Source: an uncultured Candidatus Saccharibacteria bacterium (GTDB taxonomy: Bacteria > Patescibacteriota > Minisyncoccia > Sungbacterales > HO2-52-23). Taken from it: a DNA stretch of 60,129 nt. The notes beneath the pieces are model-generated. The model saw only the letters and a list, made by a program, of their open reading frames with translations, did no database searches and had not been told where the DNA came from. The stretch spans positions 1 to 60,129 of the forward strand of contig CAYIAH010000003.1 of assembly GCA_964361495.1 (NCBI GenBank), given 5' to 3'. Position numbers and translations under genes: made by a program. Below, in pieces: positions 1 to 8,829 of the stretch (position 1 is its first letter; each line of letters starts with the position of its first letter).

Positions 1-92
1 GCGGAGCGCGTAGGATTTGTCCGCGCGGAGCACCGAGAGCGGAAAAGGATGGGGCGAGAGACACCTACCTGTGCCTTTGAGAGCCGCGCGTT

Positions 93-770
93 CTACATAA
101 GATGCAGTCCGCACTCCTGACCCTGATGCGTGGTTCCCGAAAACCGTCCTGCGCGTTCAAATTGTCCCTGCCGCCCTCCTCCCTCGCGCACTTTTCCGCT
201 TGTCGTGCACGGCTTGCAGCCGAGCGATAAAAATCCTTCGTCGTAAAGCGGGTGATATTTCAAATTTTGTTCTTTGATATACTGCCAGATCTCGTCTTTG
301 GTCCAAAACGCAATCGGATTTATTTTTGCAATTTTCCCCTGCTCAATAAGTTTCGTATTTTTTCGATACTCGGTCTCATCCCTCCGGAGTCCCGTGATCC
401 ATGCATCATAGTGCGGCAAGACCCGCTCAATCGCCGGAATCTTCATCTCGCAACATTTGTACTGATCATTTTTTATAAAAGAATCTCCGTACTCTTCATC
501 AATTTTTCTTCGCGCTTCATCTGATGCGCGCACCCATTCAAATTTCATGCCGGTCTCGCGGACAAGCGTCTCTCCGAACGCAAGCGTCTCTGGGAATTCG
601 TAGCCCGTGTCAATGCCGATGAATTTGATGTCGGGCCGCACCCGCATCGCGAGGTCTACAATCACGCGCGAGTCCTTTCCGAAGGAACACGCCACGAACA
701 GCCGCGAATATTTCTCAACCGCGTATTGTATAATCAGCTGCGAAAGCTCTGCTTTTTCATCAAGAGTCAT
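93..770 (-). CDS. cysH: APS/PAPS reductase, CysH family (Fe-S type)
   Basis: 225-aa ORF. It has a PP-loop-like FGKDS, a Cys pair KCCEMK, a GCKPCT CxxC and the C-terminal ECGLH catalytic motif. Confidence 0.8.
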   Translation of the reverse strand: MTLDEKAELSQLIIQYAVEKYSRLFVACSFGKDSRVIVDLAMRVRPDIKFIGIDTGYEFPETLAFGETLVRETGMKFEWVRASDEARRKIDEEYGDSFIKNDQYKCCEMKIPAIERVLPHYDAWITGLRRDETEYRKNTKLIEQGKIAKINPIAFWTKDEIWQYIKEQNLKYHPLYDEGFLSLGCKPCTTSGKVREGGGRQGQFERAGRFSGTTHQGQECGLHLM

Positions 771-796
771 AGATATAAAGTAGAACGTCCGGCGCG

Positions 797-1525
797 CTAT
801 TCCGGTAACGTTTTTCCGCGCGCCTTGAGATACTCCAGATACGCCTCAATCAATTCAAGATCTTCCCGATAATCAATATCCATCGCATACACGGGAGGTA
901 CGATCAAAGGAAAATTTCTGCGCCCCTCAAGCTTTCGATCTTGGAGGAGCGTTCGGCGGCTTGAAATCCACATATTTGCTGCGTGGTAAAATTTCGGTTT
1001 GCGCTTCACCGCATAGTATTCGTAATGCAGATCGTTTTGCCAAAAAACAATGATGCCGTCTTCGCCGATTGCGCGAATGTTGTACGGATGATTGATCGTA
1101 TTGACTTCGGCGACCGAGACCACGGAATCGGCGTTCTTTTCTTTCGCGAGCGCGAGGCCTCGATCTATCTGTGCTCCGGTCACCAAAGGAGTCGCCGGTT
1201 GAAGAAGAATCGTGTAGTCCGGCTGGTATCCTTCGCGCCGTTCAAGCTCCGCGACGGTCCAAATCATTGCGTCAATCACCGAACTTGAATCTGCGGCAAG
1301 CGCTGCCGGACGCATAAATGGCACCTCGGCCCCGGCCTTCTTTGCGGCCGCGGCGATTTCTTCATTATCGGTTGACACCACAACGCGTTCAAGAAGCGTT
1401 GCGGCGCGCGCCGCTTCAATCGGAAGGGCCACCAAGGGTTTGCCGAGCAGTGGATATACATTTTTTCCGGGAAAGCGCTTACTCCCTCCGCGCGCGGGAA
1501 TAATTGCAAGACAATGCGTGTTCAT
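797..1525 (-). CDS. neuA: Acylneuraminate/nonulosonate cytidylyltransferase (CMP-sugar synthetase), copy 1
   Basis: The N-terminal IIPARGGSKRFPGKN motif is typical of the CTP_transf_3 family. ATGA overlap with the upstream gene at 1522-1525. Confidence 0.8.
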   Translation of the reverse strand: MNTHCLAIIPARGGSKRFPGKNVYPLLGKPLVALPIEAARAATLLERVVVSTDNEEIAAAAKKAGAEVPFMRPAALAADSSSVIDAMIWTVAELERREGYQPDYTILLQPATPLVTGAQIDRGLALAKEKNADSVVSVAEVNTINHPYNIRAIGEDGIIVFWQNDLHYEYYAVKRKPKFYHAANMWISSRRTLLQDRKLEGRRNFPLIVPPVYAMDIDYREDLELIEAYLEYLKARGKTLPE

Positions 1526-2520
1526 TTGACTGCAAAAAATTTAAGTTTATATCCAAGTCCAAGATCTTCAAGCGCGCGCTCAAGCGCCCCCGCCTTCTCC
1601 GGATCCCGCAAAAATTCCTGGAAACGTTCCGGTAAATACTCCAGAGTCTCATCGCCGAACGGATCCAGAAATTGAAAATAATTAAGGAGCGAGTCCCTTC
1701 CGCTCACAAACGTTTCGATGGCAACTTCGCGAAAACCAATTCTCTTTTCTAAAAGTTCGTGAAGCGTTTTTTCTGAAAAATAACTCAAATGCACGCGGCC
1801 GGTGAATGTCCGCGCCTCTCCGCGAAGAATCATACACACCAGACTTGCCACATTCGGGCACCGGCCGATAAACATGCCGCCGGGCTTCAGAATCCGATGC
1901 ACTTCGCGGATCACCTCGACTGGTTTCGGAAGATGCTCAATCACGCCAAACATTGATACGATATCAAAATGTTGATCCGGAAATCTGCAGTCCTCAAGAA
2001 GACGCGGCTGGACGCGAATTCCGAATTTCTCTTCTGCCATGCGCCCCGCCTTTTCGTTTAATTCAAGTCCCTCCACGTCGTACCCGCGATCTTTCGCGGT
2101 CTTTAAGAAGAGACCAAATGAACATCCGATATCAAGCACGCGCCCTCTCTGAAGATGCGGGGGGATGCGCGCAAATATCTCCTCATAAAGCTTTTTATCC
2201 ACTTCCTGCTGACGCGCGCTTGCAAGAAATTCAAGCGCGCGATTATTCGATGGCAACTCGTCGCTGTAGTATTTCAAAATTGCGGATTCTTTGAGCTGCG
2301 GGTTTACATACACAAGCGCACAGCGAGCGCACCGCACGAAACGAAAACCGTTTTTAACAAAAAGCGCCCGATAGTCGCGGGTGCCGCAAAGCCGACAGGG
2401 AATTTCTTCCGTGAGTTCAGAACGAACAAAACCGGTTTCCGGATCAATCAGACGATCAAGCTCTCCATCGCGCGCTTCAAAAAATTCATTACGTCTTGTT
2501 TCTTTATCAAACGTGCTCAT
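1522..2520 (-). CDS. Class I SAM-dependent methyltransferase with N-terminal zinc ribbon
   Basis: CRLCG...CARCALVYVNP double CxxC, followed by the VLDIGCSFGLF SAM-binding motif. Confidence 0.75.
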   Translation of the reverse strand: MSTFDKETRRNEFFEARDGELDRLIDPETGFVRSELTEEIPCRLCGTRDYRALFVKNGFRFVRCARCALVYVNPQLKESAILKYYSDELPSNNRALEFLASARQQEVDKKLYEEIFARIPPHLQRGRVLDIGCSFGLFLKTAKDRGYDVEGLELNEKAGRMAEEKFGIRVQPRLLEDCRFPDQHFDIVSMFGVIEHLPKPVEVIREVHRILKPGGMFIGRCPNVASLVCMILRGEARTFTGRVHLSYFSEKTLHELLEKRIGFREVAIETFVSGRDSLLNYFQFLDPFGDETLEYLPERFQEFLRDPEKAGALERALEDLGLGYKLKFFAVK

Positions 2521-3697
2521 ATGATAATTGTTTGTCCAAAAGCCGCTGATTGAGCGGCACGGTTTTGACGACGTCCAGTATCTTCTCCGACGCTTTCCCG
2601 TCGCCGAGGTGATACCCGCAGCGGGAAAGTTTTAATCTGAATTTTTTATCCGCAGGAAGGTCACGGATTTTTTTCGCAATTGCCGAAGCTTCTATCTTGC
2701 AGTCAATGACATTTTCTTCCCGAAATCGGCCGCGCTCGCGCTCGCCGAAATTGAGCGCGGGGAGTTTCAAATACGGCGCCTCTTTTATCATCGTGGAAGA
2801 ATTACCGAGCATCACCGACGCTCCTGCCATCAATCCGAGAAAATCAAGATTCGCGATATTTTTATGGACAAGAAACTGCCGGTCGCGTCGCACCTCGTCA
2901 ATTGCTTTAATAATCCCCTCATAGCCCGGATCTGAACACGGATATACTACTATTGAACGAACGCCCGACTCGCGGACTCCTTTGAGAATTTCGCGCATCC
3001 GGCGGTAATTTTCCGCGCGCGAGAGATACGTTTCCGGATGATACAGGAGAATCGCGTATGATCCGCTTTCGCCAAGACCATATTTTTTTCTGCTTTCTTG
3101 AGGATCACTATAAAGCTTTTTCATGATGCGATCTATATAGAGCGATCCCGCCGTGTGAATCCGCCATTGTTCCTCGCCCATGCGAGCGATACATTCGGCG
3201 GCATCTTTGGTTTCCGGAAAATGGAGATGTGCGAGTTTCGTGATGGAATGACGGATGATTTCATCAATATTTCCGGTGCGATCTCCTCCTTGCGAATGCG
3301 CAACCGGAATACCAAGAGTGATTGCCGCAAGCGCAACCACAAGATGCTCTCCGCGATCGCCGTGCACCATAATCATGTCCGGCTCAAGATCTGCGAGCAG
3401 CCGCGCCGCGGCCGTCATGCATACGCCGAGATTCTCCGCTCGGGTCTCGGGAGTATCATCCTTCCCCGTACCCATCTGAATGGTTTTAATCTTCGCGCGC
3501 GGAAAAAGCGCGCGCGCCTCGCCAACCGTACTGCCGAACGCAGCCGACGTATGCATATCGCCCAAAAGAATCTGAAGTTCGAGCGCGGGATCCCGTTCAA
3601 TAAGCCGCATGAGCGGCACATACGCACCGAATCCTCCTCGTTTTCCTGAAAAGGCGCATATTTTTCTTTTTGGTGATTTTGGTGATCTTGATTTCAT
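2507..3697 (-). CDS. neuC: UDP-N-acetylglucosamine 2-epimerase (hydrolysing), NeuC-like
   Basis: Motifs HGDRGEHL and HSQGGDRTGNIDEIIRHSITKLAHLHF. The start was moved to the ATG at 3697, which forms an ATGA overlap with the upstream stop at 3694. The ORF-track start at 3769 is probably an upstream extension. Confidence 0.75.
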   Translation of the reverse strand: MKSRSPKSPKRKICAFSGKRGGFGAYVPLMRLIERDPALELQILLGDMHTSAAFGSTVGEARALFPRAKIKTIQMGTGKDDTPETRAENLGVCMTAAARLLADLEPDMIMVHGDRGEHLVVALAAITLGIPVAHSQGGDRTGNIDEIIRHSITKLAHLHFPETKDAAECIARMGEEQWRIHTAGSLYIDRIMKKLYSDPQESRKKYGLGESGSYAILLYHPETYLSRAENYRRMREILKGVRESGVRSIVVYPCSDPGYEGIIKAIDEVRRDRQFLVHKNIANLDFLGLMAGASVMLGNSSTMIKEAPYLKLPALNFGERERGRFREENVIDCKIEASAIAKKIRDLPADKKFRLKLSRCGYHLGDGKASEKILDVVKTVPLNQRLLDKQLSYEHV

Positions 3698-5046
3698 CCG
3701 GGTAACCCCATTTCTTTTAGCAAAAATAATCCGATTCGTTCCCCTGATTTTCCATCGAGAAACTCGCATTGTTCGCGGGTAAGCAGTTTTCTCTCCTCCG
3801 CATCCGTTGACGGATTGTCAAAATACGTTCTCACCCACCGTATCAACTCATCGCGACTCGCGACCATCCGGATTCCCCCGGTCTGAAGCGCCTGCTGATA
3901 ATGCGTCATGCCGTACAGCCGCTTCGCATTATCATCCTCGATTCCAAAACCGATATTAATTACCGGCTTCCCGAACACTGCCGCATCCACGCTGATACTT
4001 GAAGCGTGACACACCAACACCGACATATGATACAGCGTATTCGCAAGCTCACCCATCTCCTCGCTCGTCATATCCCACTCGGCGAGGTGTGTCCGAGAAA
4101 AACGCGCGCCCGGGTACTCATAAATAAGGTCCGGACGCTTCTTGAGTTCTTCCGCGTCAATCGTGTCGTACGGAGGAAACCGAACGAGCAGTCCCGCATC
4201 CGCGCCGAATGCCCCCGATCGGGTCAATTCATGCATCAGGTCAATCACTTCCCAGTCAGATTTTGTAAAGGCGCTTCCGAGCGGCGAATACACAATCAGT
4301 TTTTTTCGCGGATCAAGACCTCTTTTTCTGAAAAATTCTTCGCGCGGCTCCGGAGAAAATCCGAAATACCCGTCATACTGCGGAATCCCGCCGATAAAAA
4401 TCATTTCTGATCTCACCGCGTGCCGCTCAATCAAATTTTTCCTGATGTGCCGGTTATACACGATGAGGCGATCCGGCAGAAGCCGCAGGACACATCGCGC
4501 CGTGGCCTTATCCCACGAGTTGATAAGCCCGACGGTCATGACCCTGCGCCTCCGCGCTTCCCGCACCAAATGCGTCTCGGTCTCATCAAATAAATTTCCG
4601 AGGAATACACAATCGGGCCGGTATTTTGAGAAAAGGCCCCAGAATGTTCTGTTTTGAACGAAGAGATAATCAAACAGGCGCGAGATCTTCACGAGGGGAC
4701 GGCGCGCGAAACACCAGTTCGCGAGAAAATACAGCGCATACCCCGCGTGATCACGCCGCTCTTCATAGAGCAGACGGCGGCGCAGAAGCGTCGTCTCGGT
4801 CCGCAAAAGCAGAAATTTCAATCGCGCAAACACTCTGTCGAGTCCCTTCGGCCGTATGGCCGGCACCGCTTCATAGATAATCCGCGGATCGTTAAATTCT
4901 TTTCTGTGATACTCCGCCCGCGCCTCATTTTTCACAAGAAGCACCAGCCGCAGATCCGGTGAGCGCATGAACGTTTTGAAAATTGCGGTTCGGAGAATAT
5001 TCTTCGATTCCACTCCCTCAAAGAGCGTGATGAAAAGCGTCTTCAT
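3694..5046 (-). CDS. TagB/TagF-like (CDP-glycerol glycerophosphotransferase-like) GT-B transferase, paralog 1 of 4
   Basis: GGIPQYD resembles the TagF GYPRxD motif. KKLIVYSP resembles ILYAPT. VLVCHASSISVDAAVFGKPVI resembles LITDYSS..FD...KPxI. It shares the MKT-FIT N-terminus and motif order with the ORFs at 45950, 47362 and 48785. Confidence 0.55.
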   Translation of the reverse strand: MKTLFITLFEGVESKNILRTAIFKTFMRSPDLRLVLLVKNEARAEYHRKEFNDPRIIYEAVPAIRPKGLDRVFARLKFLLLRTETTLLRRRLLYEERRDHAGYALYFLANWCFARRPLVKISRLFDYLFVQNRTFWGLFSKYRPDCVFLGNLFDETETHLVREARRRRVMTVGLINSWDKATARCVLRLLPDRLIVYNRHIRKNLIERHAVRSEMIFIGGIPQYDGYFGFSPEPREEFFRKRGLDPRKKLIVYSPLGSAFTKSDWEVIDLMHELTRSGAFGADAGLLVRFPPYDTIDAEELKKRPDLIYEYPGARFSRTHLAEWDMTSEEMGELANTLYHMSVLVCHASSISVDAAVFGKPVINIGFGIEDDNAKRLYGMTHYQQALQTGGIRMVASRDELIRWVRTYFDNPSTDAEERKLLTREQCEFLDGKSGERIGLFLLKEMGLPG

Positions 5047-6092
5047 CGAGAAAATGAAGCATAGTGCGCCCGGTTGAGAATCTGCATCACCTCAAGGCCG
5101 CGTTCGAATGAGAGCGGCGAATCATGCGGCGGCATTTCTCCCGCAAGCATTTTTTGATAATGCGCGGTCTCGCGAAAAAAATCATCCGGCCGTTTTTTGA
5201 CAAAGACGCGCTCAACCAATTCTTTTCCTTCCGTCTGATACCGGACAAGGTCGCCTTCCGGCGCGCCGTTACAGTGCCATTCAATAAAACCGCACTCGCC
5301 CTGAAGACGCGCCCATTTTCTTACCGGATACGTGATTACATCCTGCACCACGCGGCCCGCGCCGCCGCGCTCGGCCTTCAGAAGAAATGCGGCGAGGCGA
5401 TCATACTCGCCCCCGCGCTCTTCCTGCATGTCAAAAAGAGATTTCGCGGTCGTCACACTTCCCCATCCGAGCGCGCGCGCAAAAAAGAGCCACAGGTGCA
5501 GCGCGTGCGAATGCTCTCCTCCCGCGCCGCCGCCGCGCCGCCAGTATCCGAGGTATGAATCCCACGGACCCGCAAGCCACGGATGCGCCGAAAAAATCCC
5601 CCGCCAATGTTCCCGAAATTCAACATCCATTGTAAGAATTTTTCCGAACATTCCCTCACGCGCCAGCGCCGCGACCGCTTCAACGCTTTCCGCGATCCCA
5701 TGATCGTACCCGACGGTCACGATCGTCTCGCCGAATCTCTGGCGCGCGCTTATAAACTCGCTCACTCCCGCGAGATCCGGTGTGCATAACGGCTTCTCAA
5801 TGTGAAGCAGACGCGGCCGGTCCTCAAGCAAAGACGCGAGCGCGAGCTTCATGTGAGAATCGGGCGGGGTGCCAATTACGACCACGTCAAAACCCCCTTT
5901 CGGTTCTTTTCCTGTTTCAAAAAGCTGGATCGCGGGATCCCATGCGCCGTAACGAGCGGGATAAATATCGTTCCGCATACGCTCGAGCGAACGCGGATCG
6001 TTATCAACCACCGCGACGTCCCATCCCATGCGGCGACTTGCCTGCGCCATATGATTTCCGATGGATCCCGCGCCTATGATTTTTACCTTCAT
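5043..6092 (-). CDS. Gfo/Idh/MocA-family NAD(P)-dependent oxidoreductase
   Basis: N-terminal Rossmann KVKIIGAGSIGNHMA and the EKP motif (LLHIEKPLC). ATGA overlaps at both ends. Confidence 0.65.
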   Translation of the reverse strand: MKVKIIGAGSIGNHMAQASRRMGWDVAVVDNDPRSLERMRNDIYPARYGAWDPAIQLFETGKEPKGGFDVVVIGTPPDSHMKLALASLLEDRPRLLHIEKPLCTPDLAGVSEFISARQRFGETIVTVGYDHGIAESVEAVAALAREGMFGKILTMDVEFREHWRGIFSAHPWLAGPWDSYLGYWRRGGGAGGEHSHALHLWLFFARALGWGSVTTAKSLFDMQEERGGEYDRLAAFLLKAERGGAGRVVQDVITYPVRKWARLQGECGFIEWHCNGAPEGDLVRYQTEGKELVERVFVKKRPDDFFRETAHYQKMLAGEMPPHDSPLSFERGLEVMQILNRAHYASFSR

Positions 6093-6727
6093 ACATTTTT
6101 TGCGACAAGCGGCCCAAGTTCCGCGATCGCGCGTATTAAAGGAAATCTTTTATTCTTCCACTGATTAAAATCGTTCGCCACGCCGACGAATGGACAGCCG
6201 CAGCGCTCCGCCGCTTCAATATCTCCTTCGCCGTCCCCCACCATCATCACTTCGGCGGAATCTCGTCCTTCCGCCGCAATAATGTTTTTTAGATTTTCAG
6301 TTTTCTCCGGCGGCCATCCATATATACGTTTAAAAAAACTGTGGATCCCCAGATGCGATATGGTTTTCTCAAGCGCCGCCTGCGGCGTCATGGAATTGAC
6401 GTAGAGCGCATAGCTTCTGCCGAGTTCCGCGAGCGCCTCACGCGTTCCGGGAATCATTCCATACTCGGCAATGCCTCGCTGCACCGCGTCGTCAAAACGC
6501 TTCGCGTACTCATCCGTGAGCGCCGCAACTTCTTCGGCATTCTTTCCGCTCCGCACAAAAATATCTCGCAGGATATCAAATCGCGTTCCCTGAGTGCGAG
6601 ACTCAACCTCACGGACAATGTCCTCTTTCACGCCGCTTCCCTCAAAGATCGAAAGGAGCGATTCCTGCTTCAGACGATTGGAATCAACGATCACGCCGTC
6701 AAAATCAAAGACAATCACCCGGATCAT
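6089..6727 (-). CDS. HAD-superfamily phosphatase
   Basis: VFDFDGVIVDS (DxDG motif I) and a late MVGDGEGD motif. Translationally coupled to neuB. Confidence 0.8.
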   Translation of the reverse strand: MIRVIVFDFDGVIVDSNRLKQESLLSIFEGSGVKEDIVREVESRTQGTRFDILRDIFVRSGKNAEEVAALTDEYAKRFDDAVQRGIAEYGMIPGTREALAELGRSYALYVNSMTPQAALEKTISHLGIHSFFKRIYGWPPEKTENLKNIIAAEGRDSAEVMMVGDGEGDIEAAERCGCPFVGVANDFNQWKNKRFPLIRAIAELGPLVAKNV

Positions 6728-8277
6728 ACCGCGTCAACGAATTCGTCAAACTGATGCCGTCCCCAATTGCGCAAATAGGTTTTTCGCTCGTCGCGGCCCA
6801 TTCGCGCAATCGCACGGTCAACGTAAAACGAATCGTTGCTCACATTTGCGGTTGATATCTCCTCAAAAATCGCGCCCGTTCTCGTGCCGAATCCGTGCCA
6901 CACTCCCTGCGGAACCCACAGCGTATCCCCGGGAACGAGCACCTTTCGGCGCCCCTCAATTTCAACTTCAAGTTCCCCGGTAAGCATGCAGAACGTCTCG
7001 TCCTTTTTCTTGTGGTAATGCACCGGATTCCACTGGCCCGCGAGCTGGATAATAAGCTTGCGCGCATATTCGCGGTTCACGCACTCAATGATGACGCAAC
7101 CGGTATCGCCGAATTGCTCAAGCCCATAGTGATGGGAAAGCTCCACCGAAAAATCATGCCCCAAGGGAATACGCGCCTCGTTGAGCATTCCCTTCACCGC
7201 GTGCACCGCGGAGTAGATCACATCTTTCTTCACATTTCGCCCGCGCTTCGCGACCTCGCCCGCGATCGCCTCCTGCGGCGCGTAGGCGCGATCGGCCACA
7301 AGGCCCTCATGCCAATCGCCGCTTGAGAGCTGTCCCGCGCCCCACGGCATCGCAAAGAATACGTCGGCGCGTTCAATCACCGCACCCGGACGCACTTCTT
7401 TTCGTGCAAAGACGCCTCGTTTGAGCGAGGCGAGATCGCTTTTTTCCTTCTCGCTGATCTCGCGCTCGCCTTCTCCCCCGCACGCATCAACCGCCTCTTG
7501 GTACGCGCTCACCCACGCATCAATCTGTTCGGGGGTCGCAGAATACGCATTGAGCGTGATCGTGTCGGTCGCGACACCGACATGTTTTTCAAAAATTCGG
7601 GCGCCCTTTGCGTATGCGATGCGCACCGCATTAATGTTTGAAGGATCTTCGTGGGTTGAAAAACCGATCGTGATCCCCGGATACCGGATGCGCATTACGA
7701 CGATCTGATTGAGATGCAGAATGCTGTTTGGCGCGGGATAGACCGCGACACAATGCATGAGCGCGAAGTGCACGCCGCGGTGCTGAAAAAAGCTTACAAT
7801 CTTGTCGATCCGCTTGAGCGTGAGTCCGCCCGTGGAACAAATCACGGGCTTCCCGGTTTCCGCGACGCGTTCAAGCAGAGGCCAATCTTCCGCGGAGCAA
7901 CTTCCTATTTTAACCACCTCAATCCCGAGCCGTTCAATCTTGTCAACCGACGCCTCGTCGAACGGCGTGGCGATGGTGACGAGATTTTTTCGTTTTGTCT
8001 CCTCCACAAGCGTCCTGAATTCTTCTTCCGAAAGACGCGTTGAGAGAAATCGGGGAATGTGCTTATTGTCTTTACTCTCATGGTGGGCGGGATGGATAAA
8101 CGTTTCCAGCTCCCTGAATTGAAGCTTGATCGCTCCGCGCACACCGTGGCGTCCCGCGATGTCGGCCATCGCGCGAATAATGCGAAGCCCGTGCTCAACC
8201 GATCCCTGATGGTTATTCGCCATCTCGAATATAAAAAGATTTTTGAAATCAAATTTTTGCGGCGGGAACGTATTCAT
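6724..8277 (-). CDS. neuB: Nonulosonate (N-acetylneuraminate-type) synthase NeuB fused to a SAF domain and a C-terminal D-lyxose/mannose-isomerase-like cupin
   Basis: NeuB-like FIFEMANNHQGS, KIGSCS and FSTHE motifs. SAF-like KRGVFARKEVRPGAVI. C-terminal cupin with WNPVHYHKKKDETF...PGDTLWVPQGVWHGF...FEEISTANVSNDSFY. Confidence 0.8.
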   Translation of the reverse strand: MNTFPPQKFDFKNLFIFEMANNHQGSVEHGLRIIRAMADIAGRHGVRGAIKLQFRELETFIHPAHHESKDNKHIPRFLSTRLSEEEFRTLVEETKRKNLVTIATPFDEASVDKIERLGIEVVKIGSCSAEDWPLLERVAETGKPVICSTGGLTLKRIDKIVSFFQHRGVHFALMHCVAVYPAPNSILHLNQIVVMRIRYPGITIGFSTHEDPSNINAVRIAYAKGARIFEKHVGVATDTITLNAYSATPEQIDAWVSAYQEAVDACGGEGEREISEKEKSDLASLKRGVFARKEVRPGAVIERADVFFAMPWGAGQLSSGDWHEGLVADRAYAPQEAIAGEVAKRGRNVKKDVIYSAVHAVKGMLNEARIPLGHDFSVELSHHYGLEQFGDTGCVIIECVNREYARKLIIQLAGQWNPVHYHKKKDETFCMLTGELEVEIEGRRKVLVPGDTLWVPQGVWHGFGTRTGAIFEEISTANVSNDSFYVDRAIARMGRDERKTYLRNWGRHQFDEFVDAV

Positions 8278-8316
8278 AAATTAAATAGAGGATTCTCTTA
8301 TATTTTATTAGTTTCA

Positions 8317-8784
8317 TTAGTTGCGTGGAGATGCAAGTCCTTTCACATAACGCGCAAGAAGCCACGAGCTTGACTGCACTTTGCCGCCGCGGCCGACTCG
8401 AAAAATCATTCTGCATCCGATCTTCCGGCAGACGCCGACCTCCGGAATGTTATCAGCGAAACGGTCGCCGCCATTTGCAAAGATGTCGGGCTTCACATGA
8501 ATCAATTCTACGGCAACGCTCATGTCTTTCGGATCGGGGAGGTGACGCGTGAGAATAACACGATCCACGCAACGGAACGATTCAATGATTTCCTTCCGCT
8601 CCTCCTGCGGCATGAAAATAACCTTCTTTTTTTTCTTCAGCCAGTGGTCGTTATTCAAAATAACAATCAGGGTGTCGCCGAGCTTCTTTGCTTCTTCAAA
8701 CAGCCGCACGTGTCCCACATGGACCGGATCAAATCCGCCGCTCACCGCGACCACCGTCAATTTTTTCTTCATGCCTCGCGCCAT
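8317..8784 (-). CDS. Cytidylyltransferase-fold nucleotidyltransferase (TagD / RfaE domain II-like)
   Basis: GGFDPVHVGHV (HxGH) motif and CVDRVIL. Small 155-aa single-domain protein. An alternative ATG lies at 8772. Confidence 0.7.
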   Translation of the reverse strand: MARGMKKKLTVVAVSGGFDPVHVGHVRLFEEAKKLGDTLIVILNNDHWLKKKKKVIFMPQEERKEIIESFRCVDRVILTRHLPDPKDMSVAVELIHVKPDIFANGGDRFADNIPEVGVCRKIGCRMIFRVGRGGKVQSSSWLLARYVKGLASPRN

Positions 8785-8829
8785 AGTACTATGGTTATAA
8801 CCGTCTCTCCTTCCTGATGGTTTCTCGTA

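Noticed and set aside
1-92. The left-edge 92 nt downstream of cysH, checked for a tRNA, a terminator or the start of a further gene.
   Set aside because: There is no cloverleaf-compatible pairing and no stem plus U-tract. Only a 5-bp GCGCG/CGCGC stem is present. The region is too short to call anything.
3671-3688. A 9-bp tandem duplication TGGTGATTT/TGGTGATCT that encodes SPKSPK at the NeuC N-terminus.
   Set aside because: There are only two imperfect copies, and they are in frame (a multiple of three). This is likely a trivial low-complexity N-terminal tail.
3698-3769. N-terminal extensions in the ORF track for neuC. The same applies to 16438-16479, 17426-17605, 19458-19490, 24889-24912, 32921-32989, 48775-48798, 54020-54097 and 57352-57363.
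   Set aside because: The extensions overlap the upstream gene, often begin with TTG or GTG, and lack family-typical sequence. An ATG forming an ATGA overlap or lying just after the upstream stop gives the canonical family N-terminus.
8781-8794. A perfect 14-bp palindrome CCATAGTACTATGG covering the start codon of the TagD-like gene, with GTACTATG repeated at 8827-8834.
   Set aside because: A 7+7 perfect palindrome is expected a few times per 60 kb by chance, and the 8-mer repeat is also within chance. No further support was found.
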